Origin: Macrostomum lignano | Lineage: Eukaryota | Assembly: GCA_002269645.1 (NCBI GenBank) | Contig: NIVC01003065.1 | Span: 1 to 64,000, forward strand | Direction of reading: 5' to 3' | DNA: 64,000 nt | Shown: positions 58,901 to 64,000 of the stretch, piece by piece | Position numbering within the stretch: position 1 is the stretch's first letter | Layout of the letters: each line of letters opens with the position of its first letter | The notes under the pieces: generated by a model | Seen by the model: the letters and a program-made list of their open reading frames with translations, nothing else | The model's database searches: none | What the model was told of the DNA's origin: nothing | Program-made: the position numbers and the translations under genes

Positions 58901-61900
58901 CGCCGTGTCATCGAGGAGGCGCACATCCGCCCAGTCTACGCTGATCATTGTCTTCGTTGACTTTCGAAAGACGTTTGACTCGGTGTCGTCGCTTCCCTTC
59001 GACCTTCGATCCTACCGGGTCCCGCATCAGCTAATCGACCCTGTATTGCGATACTCGAGCTGCTGTGGTGACGGCGGATGGCCTGTCTGACCTGTTCGAT
59101 ACTTCATTGGGAGTTCTGCAAGGCGACACGCTAGCACCGTTTCTCTTTGTGCTGCTGCTGGACTGGGTGCTTCGGACTGCACTCCCCTCGGCTGACGACG
59201 GCTTCCTATTGCGCAGACGCATCGGTCGACGCTACGGCGAAAAGCGCCTGAGCGTGCTTGGCTACGCCGACGACCTCGCCCTTCTGTCCTCGTCCGTTGA
59301 AGGTGCCCAGCGCCAGATCGACAGGCTGGTCGAGGTGGCATCGAGAGTCGGTCTGGTTGTCAACACGCTGAAGACCGAGGTGCTGACTGTGCCGGCCGAC
59401 ATCCCAGCGGACCTGACCTGCCGCAGCGCAGACAGGCAGACGACCAGGCTCGCACGCTGTCAGCGGTTCACCTACCTCAGCGGTCTGGTGCCTCACGTGG
59501 AGGAAGACCTCCGGCGGCGCAGAGGACTAGCCTGGGCGGCCTTCCGTTCGATCCGGGCCGTCGTCCAGTCCGAGACGTGGACGCTGACGGCTACGCTGGA
59601 GCGACAGCTGGACTCAACGCACTCATGGCTGCTCCGTGCGGCCTTTCGAGCTGACCAGAGCGTCGGGACCGAGGCCCTGTACGATCGGGCCAAGCTGCAG
59701 CGCCCGTCCACCATCCTGCGCCGGCGGCCACTTCAACTGGCGGGCCACGTGATCCGGGCCGAGGGCTACTGCCCCCAACCTGTTCAGGACGTTCTGCTGT
59801 TCACCTTGCAGGGCCCGTTCAGGCGGGGTCAGGCCTGAACCCGTCGATACATGGACTGCCTCCTACGCGACGCCGGGGCGCCAGACACTGCCAACGGGGC
59901 AAGCTTTGTGAATTTGCTTGTGGGGCTGCGTAATTTGTTGTTGTTGTTGTAATGATAGTTCCGTGAGTAGTAAATGTGGTTCTTTAAATCAAGAGACAAT
60001 GTTAGAGCTGACATAGTGCAAAATGCAAGATATGTGTGTGCTTTTTTCGACTCAGCTGGAGATGTACTGCTTTTTGTATCTAAAACCCTAACCTGTTTCC
60101 GGACATTTCCAAAGGAAATATAATTGAATGAATTCACTCTTGGTGACTTTGGTGTTTTTGATCCACTGTTGCAAGGAAAGAAGCTAATGCTGCTTGTTGG
60201 TGACCATACATATTCTATTGGCCCAAAAGGGACTGTCACCATGCACAGACTTGCGCCTACTCTTCTACGCTTCTCACAAGAATGCCAATGTTATCAAGAA
60301 AATGGCTTTGGTTAATAGTCACAGTCATATTAACTACTAATACCTGATGACTGGTTCAATCTCACTAGCGCTTGGAGATTGGAATCTAGTTGTACTGCAA
60401 GTGAAGATGGAATCAGATAAGGTAATTGAGCCCAATCTCCTGCACCTTCTTTGCTGTGCCTCAAGGGACTATCACATTGTTGCCATGTTTGACAAAGGCT
60501 ATTATTGCCAACCCTGCTCTCCTACCAATATCAATTTTGTTGACTTTGTACATTAGGCAAGTGAAGGAATAATGCTTTTAATGTTTTCTCACTGGCTCAG
60601 GGCCTATGAAATGTAGATAACCACTGCACCTATAATTATTTGTGGATTATGGAAAGAAGTCCTCTTGCCCCAACTCTGGCCAATCTGTGTTTAGCCCACT
60701 GGGAGAAAGAATGGATGGCTCTTGACTGTGCTCCTACTTTTTACAAGGGCTATGTTGATAATACTTTTGCTGTTTTTGATAACCATGCTAAGCATGTTGA
60801 GTTTTTAAATGCATTAAATTCTACTCATGAAAATATTAAGTTTACTATTGAGATAGGAAAGAATAAGAAGCTTCCTTTTTGGATGTTAAAGTTGATCTTA
60901 GTAGTGACTTGATTTCTACTAAAGTGTATTGCAAACCACCTTTTACTGGCCTTTTGCTGAACTACAATGCTCTTTGTCCAAGGCAGTGGAAACTTGGTCT
61001 GATCAAGTGCATGCTTCATCAGGCTTTCTCTATCTGCAGCTGCTGGCTGAGCTTTTATCGTGAGGTTGAAACTCTGTCAATTTTTTCTTTCCAACAGTTA
61101 TCCCAAAAATTGCTGGACTATATGATCAATAGTTTTGTCAGTGAGAAAGTTACTGGAAAGAGCAAGTCTAAGCGCAATGAAGATGCAAACACAAATTATC
61201 CTTTGATTGTTCTTCCTTTTCTTGGCCTTCCATCGATGCAGTTCAAGAAGAGACCAGAAAAACTGTTTTGGAAAGGGTTTGAATGTTGCATGAGAATTGT
61301 CTTTCATACTAACAAGATTAGCCAATACGTGACCAAGCTGAAGTCCTCTGTTCCTTAGGCTCTATGTGCTGGTGTTGTCTATAAATTTAACTGCTCCAGT
61401 GATTAGAGCATTTCTTACATTGGAAAAACTAAAAATTTGGAAAAACTAAGACACTTGCACACCAGGGCCAGAGAACATTGGCTAAAAACTCAGCCATATA
61501 TGAACACCTTCTTGGCTGTGATTAGTGCTGTAGGAGTGAGCCTATTGATTTATTTAACATTATTGATTGCAGCAACTCTGATTTTAAAATAACTATTCTT
61601 GAAGCTTTGCAAATTAAGAAACAGAATCCTAGTTTGAACATGCAACTTACATACAGTGGTGCAGGCCACCTTCTGAGGGTGTTCTAGACTGCACTCTTTA
61701 CTTGGACTCTGACTGGCCCTGATTTGCTCACTAGCCCTAGCCCATTTTGATATGAACTTGTACAGTGAAATTTAATCCCCTATTGGTATTTTGTACACTT
61801 TGCAATAATTACCTATTTAATTTTGTGAAATTTCACTTGCAATAAAATAAAATAAAATTGTTGCTTGAAAATGGTCCATGTTAACCAAAACACATTGCAA

Positions 61901-63562
61901 ATTTAGGAAAAACTACATTTAATTTTGATTTTAAGCTTTCTATCTTCTAATCATCTAAAATTTTCATTTATAGCCACAATTTATTGTGTATTCTTTTTCT
62001 GGCCTACCACCTCAGCCTAGTCTTCCAATCTTGCCTACACTAAAAAAGTTTGCCAACCCCTGATCTAAAGCATATATTGGTAAACTTTGGCTTCTATCTC
62101 TCTTTATTTCCCTTGGGTTTTTTAAAAACCATTCTTCTCTTTTTTCTTTTCTTGTTTCATCTTTTCTCTCCTTTCTCGTCTTCTCTTTTATCTTTCCTCT
62201 TTTTCATCTCATCTCTGCTTTCTCCTCTCTACTTTTCTCTCTTGTTTCTGTTTTCTTCTTTTTATACTATTTTTTTTTCATCTTTGCTTTTGCATCTCCT
62301 TTTTCTCCATTGCTCTTTTATCTTTCTTCTTTTTTTTCGTCTCTTTTTTCTACCTTTTGCTTTTACAACTCTCCTCTTTCCTCTATTCTGACTTCTCTTA
62401 TCTTCAATAAAATTGATTAAATAATTAAAAAATGAAAAAAGCAAAGAAAATAACATTCTATTGGCTAGGCTAAGTTGTAGGATAAGGCTAATAGGGATAT
62501 TTTTATATTTTATTTTATTGAATTTTAAGTTATTGATAAATTTAAACTTTATCATATAATTATAGTTTAGGACTAACATAGAACTAACAAATATAAAAAA
62601 CTAAAAAATTCTATACCAAATAGCCCATACTCAGGAAGGTATACATTATGGTGGAAAATTCTGGTGCAGATCAACCAAAAGGTGCCCGAATTGGCGCACA
62701 CAGCACACAAGAAAGGCTTAATAGAAATTTTATGCACACAGTGGCACATAGCAAAAGCTGATCAGAAAAATGTAGCTTACAATGGGTCACCTAAATGTAT
62801 TATCTGCATATGCAGTGCATAAAATAAGCTTTTAGATTATGTTTTTTCAAATCATATCAATTAAAAAATAGTTTCTTGGTAAGTAAAACAAATAATAAAA
62901 CTCAAAATAGGATTTTACCATAAAGTTTAAGCTAATTCTTTTAATCCAATTAAAAAAGCCTACAAAAGGTATAAAAAATTATCTGTTTTTTACTCTTATT
63001 TTAATTGGACTTTTACCAAGTTTTTATTGCTACAGCACATTAAGTACTCTAGCTATGAATTTGTCAATAAACAAATGTAGGCCTTGGTGCACAAATTCAT
63101 ATTTAGCTTTGCACACAGTGCATACTCCAAAAAATGCTAAAATATATTCTCGGGCACATGTGACACTTTCTTGAGTGTGGCAAATAGTTAAGTATATTTG
63201 TTATTCAACAAAAAGGTAAGCCATGTCAAGTACTGCCATGTCATATTATACAAGCCCTAGGCTAACCTTGCTTAGTCTAGGACTAAGATTAAGATCAAAA
63301 GAAGAATATCTAGCTAGGCCTAGATAAAACTTTTATACATTTTTTTAAATCATTGAATCTAACATAGAAAATCAATAAATTCAATAACTTAAATTCAGGT
63401 TACACAGCAATAAGTTTCTTACAACCAGAGAATTGTATAAAATTTACCTCGAGGTACTTTTCCAGTTCCATTGCATGTTGGACAGTTCACTCCAGTAACT
63501 AGCTCTTCATATTGGGGCATACTATGATTGACAGAATCATTCTCTAAGCTGGAAGATTGCAT
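55958..63562 (-). CDS. TMEM106B: TMEM106 family protein, about 276 aa, 3 exons: 63562-63448, 57487-57052, 56237-55958
   Basis: Exon 1 carries CPTCNGTGKVPR (the family CxxCxGxG motif) and splices in phase 1 to DSEREYVALIPLSDKRLKPRRT, a TM and FFLLPRSI. Exon 3 has RFCSL..VTSSYMLDHKEE..VNC. All junctions are GT-AG and in frame. The paralogue letter is not resolvable. Confidence 0.9.
56312..57032. repeat. 36-bp minisatellite (CAATCTCAAGGGTGAGATTCTCAATGAAGATAAACA), about 20 copies, in TMEM106 intron 2
   Basis: The ORFs over it have a 12-aa period; internal palindrome AATCTCA-AGGG-TGAGATT. Confidence 0.95.
58408..59950 (+). mobile_element. 5'-truncated, frameshifted RTE-clade retrotransposon (RT domain), GC-rich, with a (TTG)n tail
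   Basis: GPDEVP, IVLIPKK, HRGISLMSCTAKLFNRLL, EQNGFRPQR, VFVDFRKTFDSV, GVLQGDTLAPFLF and GYADDLALL across three frames; TTGTTGTTG tail near 59936-59950. Confidence 0.93.
60600..61700 (+). mobile_element. Decayed Penelope-like element (RT thumb plus GIY-YIG endonuclease)
   Basis: SPLAPTLANL, YVDN (for YVDD), NIKFTIE, LPF/LDV, VYCKP.FTG.LLNY, then GVVYKFNC....SYIGKT...REH; several stops and frameshifts. Confidence 0.88.
62095..62405. repeat. CT-rich low-complexity tract
   Basis: Almost entirely C/T on the + strand; gives the F/L/S and K/R/E ORFs. Confidence 0.85.
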
Positions 63563-64000
63563 TTTCAAAATTTTATTTATATTAAGTATATTTACTAAGA
63601 AATAATCCTTTATACTACTGATTACGTAGCGTTTTCTACTTTTCTATATAAAAGTTTATAGAAGTAGCTCTGAGCCTTTATTGCTTTAACGACAAAATAC
63701 AAACAATAAGTGAATAACTGCCTACGACTATCCACTAGAAACTGTTAACCGGTGAGTTTATTGCTTCAAGTTTATTTTAAATAGGCTTCTCAAAATTTTT
63801 TTTCGCTCAGTCCTCAGTTACTTTAACATCGTCTTAAATTGTTATTCTATAAAACACCATCGTGATCGTGGTTACCAACTAAACTTAAAAATTTATGTCT
63901 GCTTTCGAAGAAAAACTATACTTTTGAATTTTAAAGTTATAAAGTTTAACAAATATGAACTATGAATTTTCGTTAATAACTTACTCTAAATATAAAATTT

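Noticed and set aside
62050-62579. ORFs 62050-62391 and 62262-62579 as membrane or basic proteins
   Set aside because: They are artefacts of a CT-rich low-complexity tract inside TMEM106 intron 1.

Overview
This is intron-containing genomic DNA from an invertebrate animal, not a prokaryote: it has GT-AG introns, an integrin, COPI and TMEM106. Minisatellite-packed introns beside intronless GC-rich genes resemble macrostomid flatworms, but that taxon is a guess I cannot verify. I reconstructed seven protein-coding genes by hand: COPB1 (6 exons, -), a divergent CDK (7 exons, -), an intronless integrin alpha (+), an 8-exon type I receptor-like gene that the ORF track misses (+), an intronless secreted PAN+LamG protein (+), an intronless GT32 glycosyltransferase (-) and TMEM106 (3 exons, -). 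The rest is mostly micro- and minisatellites, non-autonomous DNA transposons (several with readable TIRs and TSDs, some nested), retroelement remnants (LOA/R1-like, RTE, Penelope) and tRNA- or 5S-like SINE heads. The best leads are: the orphan receptor with cytoplasmic tyrosine motifs; a CDK lacking the activating T-loop Thr, with no in-frame genomic ATG that I could find, that may take its start codon from a spliced leader; a young Tc1-like mini-element with an intact catalysis-free ORF; and sharp CpG-depleted domains. All coordinates and counts are manual, and no database searches were run.
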